Of a stretch of DNA of 64,000 nucleotides, positions 30,947 to 40,346 are shown in pieces (the first letter of the stretch is position 1; every line of letters begins with the position of its first letter). The notes under the pieces are model-generated. The model saw only the letters and a program-made list of their open reading frames with translations. It was not told where the DNA came from and did no database searches. The position numbers were made by a program, and so were the translations under genes. This DNA comes from Nitrospirales bacterium (GTDB taxonomy: Bacteria; Nitrospirota; Nitrospiria; Nitrospirales; UBA8639): positions 1,344,001 to 1,408,000 of the forward strand of contig OY729426.1 of the NCBI GenBank assembly GCA_963422365.1, read 5' to 3'.

Positions 30947-32428
30947 TCATGGCGCCGAAATGGCATGAGAAGGGTCGGAAAGGGGCTCCAGGCACTGGAG
31001 TCGCCACAGTTTATGAGGTCCCTGAAGGTCTTGCGTGTCTCCGGCGATGATGATCTGTTCTCGAACGAGTCCGGCGACGCCGAGTAAAAATGGGGCTGGA
31101 ATGTGGGGCGCATCTTCGGCAATCAACACATCAAAACGGACGCGTTTGAATAGAGGATCGGTCACGATTCTTCCAGGGGTCGCGGCGACCAAACGTTTGT
31201 TCTGCATAAAGGCTTGCCGATTGGTCGCCTCACCGGCTGACAATAGTTCACGAACTTTTCTGGTTCCTCCCAGCCTGGAGACTTCGTCTTTCAACTCTTC
31301 GTATTCCGGGCGCATCTCTTTCGGAATCGCGGCCTCAGGAGACAATTCACGGATACGAGCTTGCGCCGTCTCAACCTCTTTCATCAGTTCCGCAATGTTC
31401 CCTGTATAGAGCATTCGATATTCGCCCAGGGTCTCCACATTTTTTCCCATGGTCTGCATGCCGAGACGTTTCCAAATAGGCAGGTTTTCGTACTTGGCGA
31501 GCAGGTGATCAATGTCCTTGATTTTGCCTTGGAACTCACTTGCCTGGGCAAGAAGCCGCCATTCCAGCAATTTGACTTCATCCAAATCACGCTGTTTTTG
31601 CCCTTTGTAGGCCAAGATCGGGATGAGTTCTCGAAATCGCTCATATTTGCGTCGAAGCGTATCCTTCTGCAACCGGGATGTGGCGAAAAACTTGTGTATT
31701 TGGGCTTCAAAACTCAATTCACCCAAAGGGACCCCTTCGGCTTTCTTGAGAACCGAGACTTCGTAGCGGCTCAATAAGCTGTGAAAGGGCAGGGCGGCAT
31801 TCCGAAAGGTTTTGGCGAAGAACCCGAGCAAGTGATCCACGGCGTCGTGCGTGGGCGCAACCAGCAGCACGCGTTGATTGTGTCGCATCAAGGTCACCGC
31901 CAGCGTCCCGAGTTTCGTCCAACGAGTGGCTTGGTCATCATGCCAGACGGTCGTCAGCACGGCAGCCGACGCTCCGGTTCTGGCAGAGGTATTGGCTTCG
32001 CGGTGTTCCGGGTCCAGCCATGGCGCAAGCCGTTCAGCCGGCCCCAGTGCGTAGGATTCGGGATGGGCCGCCATATCGGCTAATCGCGTGGAAGCCAGGC
32101 GAAAAAATTCCGAGGTATCCGTCACGAGCGTATTGTCGACCATCGACTGCCCAAGTGTATCCAGAGTTTGCACCAAGGTGGTGTCGCCTTGGTGTCGGAG
32201 AATAAAGCCGCCGGTGGGTTCCAGGTCTCCGGGAGGTACAATGGTGACGGGCACGTCTTCAAGAACCGCGGTCCCTGGAGGGACCTCCATGGAATACAGG
32301 TGAAGGGCTCCGGCTGTCCCGATTTTTTGGGTGGCGCGGGATTCAATCAATGTGTCGAGCGCACCCGTGGCGTCTTTGTCGTTCGCCAATTGGGTGGCGA
32401 ACGAGAGGAGAAGGTCAAGCAGTTTCAT
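30947..32428 (-). CDS. Degenerate SF1 (Upf1-like) helicase-related protein with coiled-coil insert
   Basis: RVLLVAPTHDAVDHL (Ia), LVAATP (Ib), FDVLIAEDA (II-like), IIIAGD (III). No canonical Walker A. Confidence 0.65.
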   Translation of the reverse strand: MKLLDLLLSFATQLANDKDATGALDTLIESRATQKIGTAGALHLYSMEVPPGTAVLEDVPVTIVPPGDLEPTGGFILRHQGDTTLVQTLDTLGQSMVDNTLVTDTSEFFRLASTRLADMAAHPESYALGPAERLAPWLDPEHREANTSARTGASAAVLTTVWHDDQATRWTKLGTLAVTLMRHNQRVLLVAPTHDAVDHLLGFFAKTFRNAALPFHSLLSRYEVSVLKKAEGVPLGELSFEAQIHKFFATSRLQKDTLRRKYERFRELIPILAYKGQKQRDLDEVKLLEWRLLAQASEFQGKIKDIDHLLAKYENLPIWKRLGMQTMGKNVETLGEYRMLYTGNIAELMKEVETAQARIRELSPEAAIPKEMRPEYEELKDEVSRLGGTRKVRELLSAGEATNRQAFMQNKRLVAATPGRIVTDPLFKRVRFDVLIAEDAPHIPAPFLLGVAGLVREQIIIAGDTQDLQGPHKLWRLQCLEPLSDPSHAISAP

Positions 32429-32922
32429 GGCTGGCGGCCTGGACCGAGTGCCTGCTGAATACAAATGGCCACGCAGCCCAGTCCACCGGTGATTGGGCGT
32501 CGGTCATATGCGCATCCTCGATGAGCAGAGCAAGCAGCGACAAAAGGAACGTGTTGCGCGAAATCGATGTCGGCGAGTACCTGGGCCTGCAGGTGGCCAT
32601 CTTCCAGCACCGACAAAACAAGGATACGGGTATGGCGGTCATCTTCCAAAATGGCGGATTTCGGGGAAGGCGCGACCCTGGCGCGAGCCGCTTGGATATG
32701 CGGTAACTCCACGATCTCTTTGACCAAGGGCTTCGGAGGATGAATCGCCCGTTGACTGAGCCTGACGTTTAAAGATGTCCGATCAAGGACGTCCCGAGCA
32801 GGCGCATCTGTCTGCGCCCAGACAACATCCCGAGCATGTTGAGCGACAAATGCATGGGGCACGACCATGGCGAAGGCAAGACAGCCCACGCTCAGACACC
32901 ACATAACCTTGTGACGCAGCAT
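32425..32922 (-). CDS. Hypothetical secreted protein with Cys-rich C-terminus
   Basis: Signal peptide, C....C...C...C, ATGA overlap with the next gene. Confidence 0.65.
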   Translation of the reverse strand: MLRHKVMWCLSVGCLAFAMVVPHAFVAQHARDVVWAQTDAPARDVLDRTSLNVRLSQRAIHPPKPLVKEIVELPHIQAARARVAPSPKSAILEDDRHTRILVLSVLEDGHLQAQVLADIDFAQHVPFVAACSAHRGCAYDRRPITGGLGCVAICIQQALGPGRQP

Positions 32923-32976
32923 AAAGGCATTGTAGTGGACGATTGCAGGACGTGTCTAGCAGGAGAGAGACTTACT

Positions 32977-33047
32977 GTCATTCGGAGCCTTTTTTTTGTT
33001 ATCCTTCGCGTTGCTCAGGGTAACAAAAAAATAAGAGGCAGGATGAC
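32977..33047. repeat. REP-like nested palindrome
   Basis: GTCATTC...TTTTTTGTTATCCT-loop-AGGGTAACAAAAAA...GGATGAC. Confidence 0.55.
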
Positions 33048-33154
33048 CACTGTGGCCTGTTGCGCCGGTGCTTCGGTTTCAAATTGATATTTCCCTGACC
33101 GGACCTTATAATACCACACCTTCGATAGAGAATAAAAAGGGAGGCGTAGCAAAG

Positions 33155-33682
33155 ATGAAGGTGATTCTTCAAGAGAATATCGACAGTTTAGGGTATATGG
33201 GCGACATGCTCGACGTCGCCGATGGGTATGCGCGGAATTTCTTGCTCCCCCGCCAAAAAGCCTTAGAGGCAAACCCCCGTAACGTGAAGGCGTTGGAACA
33301 TGCCAAACGAGTGACGGCTCATAAGGCCAAGAAGGTCGAAGATGACCTCCAGGGACTAGCGGCGAAACTGTCCGCCGTCTTGCTCACCTTTCCGGTCCAG
33401 ACCGGCAAGGATGATAAGCTGTTTGGATCCGTCACCGCGAAGGATCTTGAAGCCGGGCTGCTGGCTGAAGGATTCGATGTGGACCGCCGAAAAATTCAAT
33501 TAGCGCATCCTCTGAAAGAGCTAGGCACGTTTGCCGTCGGCATCAAGTTGCATCGAGACATTATCGCGAATATGTCCGTGTGCCTCGTCAACCAGGGTGG
33601 AGCGGCCCAGGTTGATGAAGCCGGGGATGAGACCGACGACGCCGTTTCTCCAAAAGAGGCCCAGGAATCGCAGGACGAGTGA
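33155..33682 (+). CDS. rplI: 50S ribosomal protein L9
   Basis: MKVILQE..LG..GD...VADGYARNFLLP and KLFGSVT. Confidence 0.97.
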   Translation: MKVILQENIDSLGYMGDMLDVADGYARNFLLPRQKALEANPRNVKALEHAKRVTAHKAKKVEDDLQGLAAKLSAVLLTFPVQTGKDDKLFGSVTAKDLEAGLLAEGFDVDRRKIQLAHPLKELGTFAVGIKLHRDIIANMSVCLVNQGGAAQVDEAGDETDDAVSPKEAQESQDE

Positions 33683-34944
33683 TGGGCGACATTGTCGGTA
33701 CCCTGAAAGCGGTTCAACAAGAGGATCCTGAGGTCTATGCGGCTTTTCGCGCCGAAGAAAAACGGCAGCGTGAGAAGTTGGTCTTAATCGCTTCGGAAAA
33801 TTATGCGAGTCCCGCCGTTCTGGCTGCGCAGGGGTCGCTGCTGACCAATAAGTATGCGGAAGGCTATCCACGGCGGCGCTATTATGGGGGCTGTCAGCAT
33901 GTGGATACGGTCGAAGAGTTGGCGATGGCCCGGGCCAAGCAGTTGTTTGGTTGTGAGCACGTCAATGTGCAGCCGCATTCAGGTTCCACCGCCAATATGG
34001 CGGCGTACCTTGCGGTCTTGAAACCCGGCGATACCATCCTGGGTATGGATCTCTCGCAGGGCGGCCATTTAACCCACGGCAGCAAGGTCAATTTTTCGGG
34101 AAAGCTGTTTCACGCCTTCTCCTACGGGGTCGATCCCGAAACCGAGTTGATTGATTACGACGCGGTTCAGCAAAAGGCAGAAGAAGTTCGCCCACGCATG
34201 CTCGTGGTCGGGGCGAGTGCCTATTCAAAAATTTTCGACTTCCCGCGGTTTCAGCAAATTGCGAAATCCGTGGGGGCCTATCTATTGGCTGATATCGCAC
34301 ACATCTCTGGTTTCGTGGCGACGGGGCTTCACCCAAGTCCGGTTCCCTATGCCGACTTTGTTACCACCACCACGCATAAAACCTTGCGCGGGCCTCGTGC
34401 CGGCATGGTGATGTGTAAAGAGGAACATGCGAAAGCCGTGGATAAAATCATTTTTCCCGGACTGCAGGGAGGTCCGCTCATGCATGTGATTGCGGCCAAG
34501 GCCGTGGCGTTCAAAGAAGCCTTGGCCCCAAGCTTTACCGTCTATCAACAACGAATCTTGGCCAATGCCATGGCCTTGGCGGACGGGTTCAAAGCACGGG
34601 GCTATCATGTGGTGTCCGGTGGAACGGAGACTCATCTCTTCCTGCTGAATCTTAATTCTAAAAGGGTGACGGGCAGAGAGGCCGAGGCGGCGCTCGATGC
34701 CTCGGGGATCATCGTCAATAAAAATGCCGTGCCGTATGACGAGCGACCGCCGGCTGTGGCGAGTGGCATTCGAATCGGCACGCCCATTGTGTCGACGCGG
34801 GGGATGGAGTTGCCGGAGATGTCACAAATTGTGGCGTGGATGGATGAGGTGTTGCGCCATCCCGCGACCAAACGAGTTCAGAACCGCATTCGCAAGGAAG
34901 TCAAGGCCCTGTGTGCTCGCTTTCCGGTATTTTCGGCTTTGTAA
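33682..34944 (+). CDS. glyA: Serine hydroxymethyltransferase
   Basis: LIASENY, NKYAEGYP, GGHLTHG, TTTTHKTLRGPR. Confidence 0.98.
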   Translation: MGDIVGTLKAVQQEDPEVYAAFRAEEKRQREKLVLIASENYASPAVLAAQGSLLTNKYAEGYPRRRYYGGCQHVDTVEELAMARAKQLFGCEHVNVQPHSGSTANMAAYLAVLKPGDTILGMDLSQGGHLTHGSKVNFSGKLFHAFSYGVDPETELIDYDAVQQKAEEVRPRMLVVGASAYSKIFDFPRFQQIAKSVGAYLLADIAHISGFVATGLHPSPVPYADFVTTTTHKTLRGPRAGMVMCKEEHAKAVDKIIFPGLQGGPLMHVIAAKAVAFKEALAPSFTVYQQRILANAMALADGFKARGYHVVSGGTETHLFLLNLNSKRVTGREAEAALDASGIIVNKNAVPYDERPPAVASGIRIGTPIVSTRGMELPEMSQIVAWMDEVLRHPATKRVQNRIRKEVKALCARFPVFSAL

Positions 34945-35068
34945 CCTGCTGCCTGATTCTTTCACTTCACCGACCAATGTGGAACCCGTTACTCACCAGT
35001 CTTCCGGACGGTGAGACGGCACTTCTTTCTTTGAGGAAGATCCCGAAGTTTCGAAATGCCGGTCCGTC

Positions 35069-35533
35069 ATGAAATGTCCGTTTTGTAATCAACTCGATGA
35101 TAGAGTGATTGATTCTCGCATGACCCGAGAAGGCGAAATCATCCGTCGTCGTCGAGAATGTTTCGGCTGTCGTCGCCGGTATACGACCTATGAACGGATT
35201 GAAGAAAATCTGCCCACGATTGTCAAAAAAGACAACCGGCGAGAAATGTTCAACCGTGCCAAAGTCATGGCCGGATTAAAAAAGGCATGTGAAAAACGGT
35301 CGATCAGCAGTGCCGCACTTGAAACCTCGGTGGACCGGATTGAAAAACGCCTGCAAGATTTGGGCGAATCGGAGATCCTGACCAGGGTGATCGGAGAGGA
35401 AGTCATGCGGGAGCTCCACGCGTTAGACCAGGTCGCCTACGTCCGTTTCGCCTCCGTGTACCGCGAATTTAAAGATATTGATCAATTTATGGAAACGATT
35501 AAGTCCCTTGCGCAGGATCGGGGAAACCCCTGA
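35069..35533 (+). CDS. nrdR: Transcriptional repressor NrdR
   Basis: MKCPFC..RRRREC..C, ATP cone, VAYVRFASVY. Confidence 0.97.
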   Translation: MKCPFCNQLDDRVIDSRMTREGEIIRRRRECFGCRRRYTTYERIEENLPTIVKKDNRREMFNRAKVMAGLKKACEKRSISSAALETSVDRIEKRLQDLGESEILTRVIGEEVMRELHALDQVAYVRFASVYREFKDIDQFMETIKSLAQDRGNP

Positions 35534-35563
35534 TGCGCAATGACGCCACCGTGGTGCGCGCCC

Positions 35564-36724
35564 ATGCCCTCCTCTAACCGTTCGGTCAAACGGGCCGGAT
35601 CTCCACGGGCCTCGACCTCCGTTCCCAAACGGAAGCCCACACCGACGCGCCGACGCGCGGCGCATGCCACACGTGTGGCAATCTTAGGAGGTGGACGCGG
35701 GGGGCGGGCGCTGCTAGAGATTTTTGCGCAAGATCCGTTGGCCCGTATTGTTGGATTAGGAGAGGCCAAACCGCGAACGCTCGGCACCAAGTTTGCCCAA
35801 CAGTTGGGGGTTCCGGTCATGCAGGACTATCGGGAAATTTTGAAAATGAAGGAGGTGGACCTGATCATTGACGTGACCGGCAGTCCTGACGTCGAGCGGG
35901 CGCTGCACAAAATTCGAAAGCCGAGTGCGGCGATCATCGGAGGCGCAAGCGCTAAGTTTATGTGGCAGTTGATCGAGGCGCGGATTCGGGCGACGACGGA
36001 AATCGAAAGAACCCTGAGTCGCTACCAATCCTTGTTCCGGCGGTATGTGAAAGAGGAGGCCGAGAGCGCGGTGGATGAAGAGCGGACGCGCATCGCCTGT
36101 GAAATCCACGATGGGTTGGTGCAAACGCTGGTGGGTGTGAATTTTAAGATGGAACGCTGCGGGAATCTGATTCAGACGGAACCGACCAAGTGCTTTGCCT
36201 TGTTGAGTGAGACAAAACACCAGCTAAAACAAGGCATTCAGGAAGCACGACAAGTGGTGTTCAACTTGCGACCCGGTCAATATGAGCAGTTGGATCTGCG
36301 GGCGGCGCTGACAAATTATCTCGATGCGTATAAAAAACAAAATCATGTTCAGGTTGCCTTCTCCCATACGGGGAGCGATGCCCGCTTGCCGCCCAAGACG
36401 AAAGTCTTTGTTTTCCGAATCATTCAAGAAGCCCTGCAAAACTCATCCAAGCATGCCAAGGCGTCGAAGGTCTTCGTGCAATTAAGCATTCAACCGCATC
36501 ACCTCTCCGCCGTCATTCGCGATAATGGGAGCGGGTTCGATGTGCAGGCGGTGTTTCAGAATCCAGAAAAGTGGGATCACTTTGGATTGCGCGGGATGAA
36601 CGAGCGGGTCAAATTGCTCAGTGGCGAAGTCTCGTTGGAGTCCCGCAAAGGCGAGGGGACGACGGTCACGGTCTCGATTCCGTTGGCCAGAAAGGATAGC
36701 ACACGAAATGGCAAAAAAAATTAA
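35564..36724 (+). CDS. Soluble HisKA_3 sensor kinase with N-terminal Rossmann-like domain
   Basis: VAILGGGRGG...IIDVTG, ERTRIACEIHD, IQEALQN..KH, DNGSGF, GLRGMNER. Confidence 0.88.
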   Translation: MPSSNRSVKRAGSPRASTSVPKRKPTPTRRRAAHATRVAILGGGRGGRALLEIFAQDPLARIVGLGEAKPRTLGTKFAQQLGVPVMQDYREILKMKEVDLIIDVTGSPDVERALHKIRKPSAAIIGGASAKFMWQLIEARIRATTEIERTLSRYQSLFRRYVKEEAESAVDEERTRIACEIHDGLVQTLVGVNFKMERCGNLIQTEPTKCFALLSETKHQLKQGIQEARQVVFNLRPGQYEQLDLRAALTNYLDAYKKQNHVQVAFSHTGSDARLPPKTKVFVFRIIQEALQNSSKHAKASKVFVQLSIQPHHLSAVIRDNGSGFDVQAVFQNPEKWDHFGLRGMNERVKLLSGEVSLESRKGEGTTVTVSIPLARKDSTRNGKKN

Positions 36725-37382
36725 GGTGCTGATTACGGATGACCATCGTGTTGTGCGGGAGGGATTGTCCGCTATCCTTGAGACCAAAGAAGAAATCCAA
36801 ATTGTCGGAGAAGCCAAGGATGGCGGTGAAGCCGTCGAAAAAGCCAGACAATTACTGCCCGACGTGATCGTCATGGATGTGAGTATGCCGGGAATGACAG
36901 GGGTGGAAGCCACGCGGATCATTAAACGAGAACTGCCGCATATCGGGATTATTGCCCTGACGATGTATGAGGATCATCAATATATTTTCGACTTGGTCCG
37001 GGCTGGTGCCACGGGCTATCTCCTCAAAGACTCGGATTCCACGGAAATCGTCGCGGCCATTCGTGCCATTTCCCGTGGTGAATCGCTGATCCATCCTTCG
37101 GTGGCGAGCAAGATTTTAGCCGAGTTTTCATTGTTGGCTGAAGGCAAAAGCAAAAAAAAGTCCTTACTGGAACACGATCTCACGGAGCGCGAAATTACGG
37201 TCCTGCGATTGGTGGCGGATGGGAAGACCAACAAAGAAATTGCCAATGTGTTGGATCTCAGCGAGAAAACCGTGAAAAATCACGTTCGGAACATCTTCCA
37301 CAAGCTCCACGTCTATGATCGAACGCAAGCCGCGATTTTAGCGATCAGGAAAGGGATTATCGAACTCGAGCCGCATCCCTAA
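36708..37382 (+). CDS. NarL/LuxR-family response regulator
   Basis: DDH..., MDVSMP, GYLLK, LTEREITVL...SEKTVKNH. Confidence 0.95.
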   Translation: MAKKIKVLITDDHRVVREGLSAILETKEEIQIVGEAKDGGEAVEKARQLLPDVIVMDVSMPGMTGVEATRIIKRELPHIGIIALTMYEDHQYIFDLVRAGATGYLLKDSDSTEIVAAIRAISRGESLIHPSVASKILAEFSLLAEGKSKKKSLLEHDLTEREITVLRLVADGKTNKEIANVLDLSEKTVKNHVRNIFHKLHVYDRTQAAILAIRKGIIELEPHP

Positions 37383-37472
37383 CCCTCCCTCCCGCTGAGA
37401 TGTTCGCACAGATCGGATCGAGCGCATGCAGAATGCGTCATCGGATACGGCATTTTTGGGATGATGCACCCT

Positions 37473-37902
37473 TCAGGTCGAGCGCGACTCCACGATAAGC
37501 TCACGACCGATCACCCGTAGGGCTTTGCGAATGTGGCTTGTCGCGGTGGTGCCGTGGTGCGGATCAATCATGCGGCGGATGACTTTCTCGTTAACACCGA
37601 AACGCTGAGCCAAGGCCACGCGAGACAACCCGCTCTTACGGAATGCGAGGACAAGCGCGGCGTTGGCCGCGATATTTGTGGGACGGCAATCAAATGCTCT
37701 CCAGCGTACAGGGGACTTGGTGTCGGAATTTCCTCACCATCGTCGATGTACCCCGAGGTCGCTTCTTCCAAGGTAGTAGTGGCTGCAGCCGGCGCTTCGG
37801 TGTTGTTGGAGCCGGATGTGAGACATTCGGCAGGTCGCGGAACAAAACAATGATCTCTCCTGGGCTATCTGGCTGAAACTGTGCAGGATACAGAAAACGC
37901 AT
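37473..37902 (-). pseudogene. HicB-family antitoxin pseudogene
   Basis: MRFLYPA...IVLFRDLP / EEATSGYIDDGEEIPTPS / VIRRMIDPHH...IRKALRVIG across frameshifts. Confidence 0.75.
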
Positions 37903-37918
37903 ACTCGTCTCTCGGTAA

Positions 37919-39069
37919 TCATTGCGTAGCGTTAACAGATTTACGCAAGGCGTTAAATTGCATCGTTTCTCAAGCCTGATAGTTTTCAGGTGCTCGCCAA
38001 AATTCTTGCCATGCGGAGTTGAGAAGACTGACGACCGGGGTCAGTGTATCCGACTTTGTTGTTCCCACACCAGTCTCTTCGATACCTTCCTTCGCCGCCG
38101 AGACGATTTTAGATGACAGGGGCTTAGGGTAAGCCTGCTGGTATGCAGGCGCTGGGTCGTAGCCCATAATCTCAATAAATCCCGCCAAGCCTTCTTGATC
38201 AGCTTCATTTCCGCATCGAAGCCGGTCGCTGCCAGCATCATTAGCGCCGTGCACATCCGTGCATCATCAGCCGGATGCGTTGACTCAAATATCAGCGGCG
38301 TCTCAAAGGGATCGCCGCCACGTTTGATGCAAAGGTGATAGTGCGACCAAGCAAACGCTGGCCCCGCCATTAGTACGCCGAACAAGTCACAGAAAAACTC
38401 TTGCATCCAGAAGTTTGCCCAAAAGGTGCTCCATAGCCGAAGCTGGTAGGACTTACCCTCCGGCTTGCGCACGCGTTCGGCGGCTGTGATTTCATTGCGG
38501 AAATGCCTTATTATCTCGAACTGGCTTTGCTTGGAGGCGGCATGATACGATTCAAGTGCTGGAAGATCGGGTTCCTGCCCCCGATGAAATAAATGGCAGA
38601 ACTCGTGATAAATATCGGGCAAGTGCAGGAGAAATCGACTCTCAATCAACGGGACGCAAAGCAAATGGAATTCGACATAGGTATGAAAATAGTCCTGGGA
38701 CATATGACTGATAGTCGGAGAGATCAAAGGATAGGCGATCTCACGACCGACATCTGTAACAAGCCGGTTGAGGAAATCATCATTCTGGCCTGTTCTGCTG
38801 AGGGCAAATACGCCGACGCCTTCAACAGCCTTGAGTTGTCTCACTCTACGTTTGAATTTCCTCACACGCCGAGGCGTCTGTAACGCCGTATCGACAACGG
38901 TCTCTTTGGCCAAGCGTCGGAGAGTAGCCTGCGTTTCGTCGAGTTGGGTCAAGCAAATTCGTCGCAAGCCGTCATACTCACGCGGAGACCGTCTCTGTAC
39001 GATCTGGCGTAACTGCCGCTCCCGCTCCAGTGATTGGCCAATCGATCCAATCAAGTACTTCTCGATCAT
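37919..39069 (-). pseudogene. M48-like gluzincin metallopeptidase (HEXXH), frameshifted near the C-terminus
   Basis: IYHEFCH, QEFFCDLFG, STHPADDARM. The C-terminus continues in the 37970..38254 frame (LLNSAWQEFW) with a TGA at 37970. The start ATG overlaps the upstream TAA. Confidence 0.7.
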
Positions 39070-39433
39070 TAACGCCCCCGTAGTTGCCTGGCTACCTCCA
39101 CTCGTTCCTGTTCCAATCCTTGGGCGAGTTTCTCCAACTATCTTAGGTAGCCTGATCCACGTCCCCGTTCTGAAGTCGTTCGCCAAGTTGTTTCCAGTTT
39201 GCTAAAGGCTCACCCGTACTCGTCCTAGGCAGACTGTCAAGTGTCAAGGCTTCGATGGACTGAGACTCTAGACTTTGATCACTCGCGTCAATGAAGAGTT
39301 GTGCCAGCTTCTTCTGATCTGGATCGGTTGGATCGAACTGCCCTTGTCCTAGCCGTTCAATTACTCTGTCTATCAGGGCACCGTATGCCTCGACATTAGC
39401 GTAAACGCCTGTGAGGAAACTCAAATCGCTCAT
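39069..39433 (-). pseudogene. Small (~120 aa) helical Argonaute-adjacent protein, frameshifted
   Basis: GGAGG RBS, MSDLSFLTGVY.... After a shift near 39150 it reads LEKLAQGLEQERVEVARQLRGR*, with TAATG coupling to the peptidase. Confidence 0.6.
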
Positions 39434-40340
39434 ATTGTATACCCTCCTGAGGTTTGTCGTTGGTTTTCAATTCAATTACATCTTGATCGTATTCAGCAGC
39501 TTCGTCGAATAGGTTGCGGTCACAAAGTTTGATCGAAATCGGCAGACGCCAGTATATAAAGGGGTATCGAGGAGGAACGGCCATTTCCCATTGGTGAGCA
39601 GTACCTTGTTGAGCGCGACATTGCGTAAGCAACCAGAGAGGCGTTTGCGCTCTTCGGGCTTTACGACGTAATTAATATATCCCGCCTTCACGCGTCACGC
39701 TAGTGTAAGCTTTCCTCGACACCTCCGTGTGAATGACGGCTGCATTGAGATCGAACCGAAGAGTAAACTCCTTCACCGTCCAAGCCGCCAATTGATCTGC
39801 TGATCTCGGACGGCGATCATCGCGATGCACCATTACGAGTGCGTAGCCTGGCCTGATGTTGGCACCCTTTACAGCTTCTCTAATCGCACGGGCCAGACCA
39901 GCGAAATCACGTCTGACGTTGAGCTCGTCATAGACAATAATTTCAGGATCGTAACCCCTGCCATTGGGATAAAGGTCATCTACCTGCTTCTTGAAATTCT
40001 TGAGAAACTGCGAGTCATAGCTGTTCTCGACACTCTTGGGCAGCACGAGATATTGTCGATCAAGGAGACTCTGCTCAAAGAAACCCGCGTCTTCATCTTT
40101 CAAGAGCGTCAGCCTGCTTTGTCCATAACGGTTAATCGCAACGGGCATATTATGCCCGTTCGTTTCAAGCGACAAAGTCGCATCGTTGCCAAAACGTAAT
40201 TTAGGCGGCGAGAACGGTTTCGTTCTTGTACGCCCTGCCCGGTCCGAAACCGAGAGAGTACCATTTCTGACCGGCACCTGACTCAGAAACATTCTGACGA
40301 GTTGGTTGATCTGCCGGTGCCGATTATGAGGCTTGATAAC
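39396..40340 (-). pseudogene. Prokaryotic Argonaute remnant (L2-MID plus C-terminus; PIWI core deleted, N/PAZ missing)
   Basis: IKPHNRHRQI (L2 start), PPKLRFGND, MID alpha/beta pattern, LRNVALNKVLLTNGKWPFLL (MID-PIWI junction) and RLPISIKLCD (Ago C-terminal motif). Confidence 0.75.
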
Positions 40341-40346
40341 GAAGTT

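Noticed and set aside
901..37972. In-frame TGA codons (901, about 1708, 27631, 37970) suggesting TGA recoding or selenocysteine
   Set aside because: The same regions also carry TAA/TAG stops and frameshifts, core genes such as metH and nrdR end in TGA, and TGG-to-TGA is an ordinary decay mutation.
38041..39186. The 381-aa ORF taken at face value as an intact protein
   Set aside because: Its first ~39 codons overlap the shifted tail of the upstream gene, and its last ~45 residues are out of frame relative to the more protein-like C-terminus.
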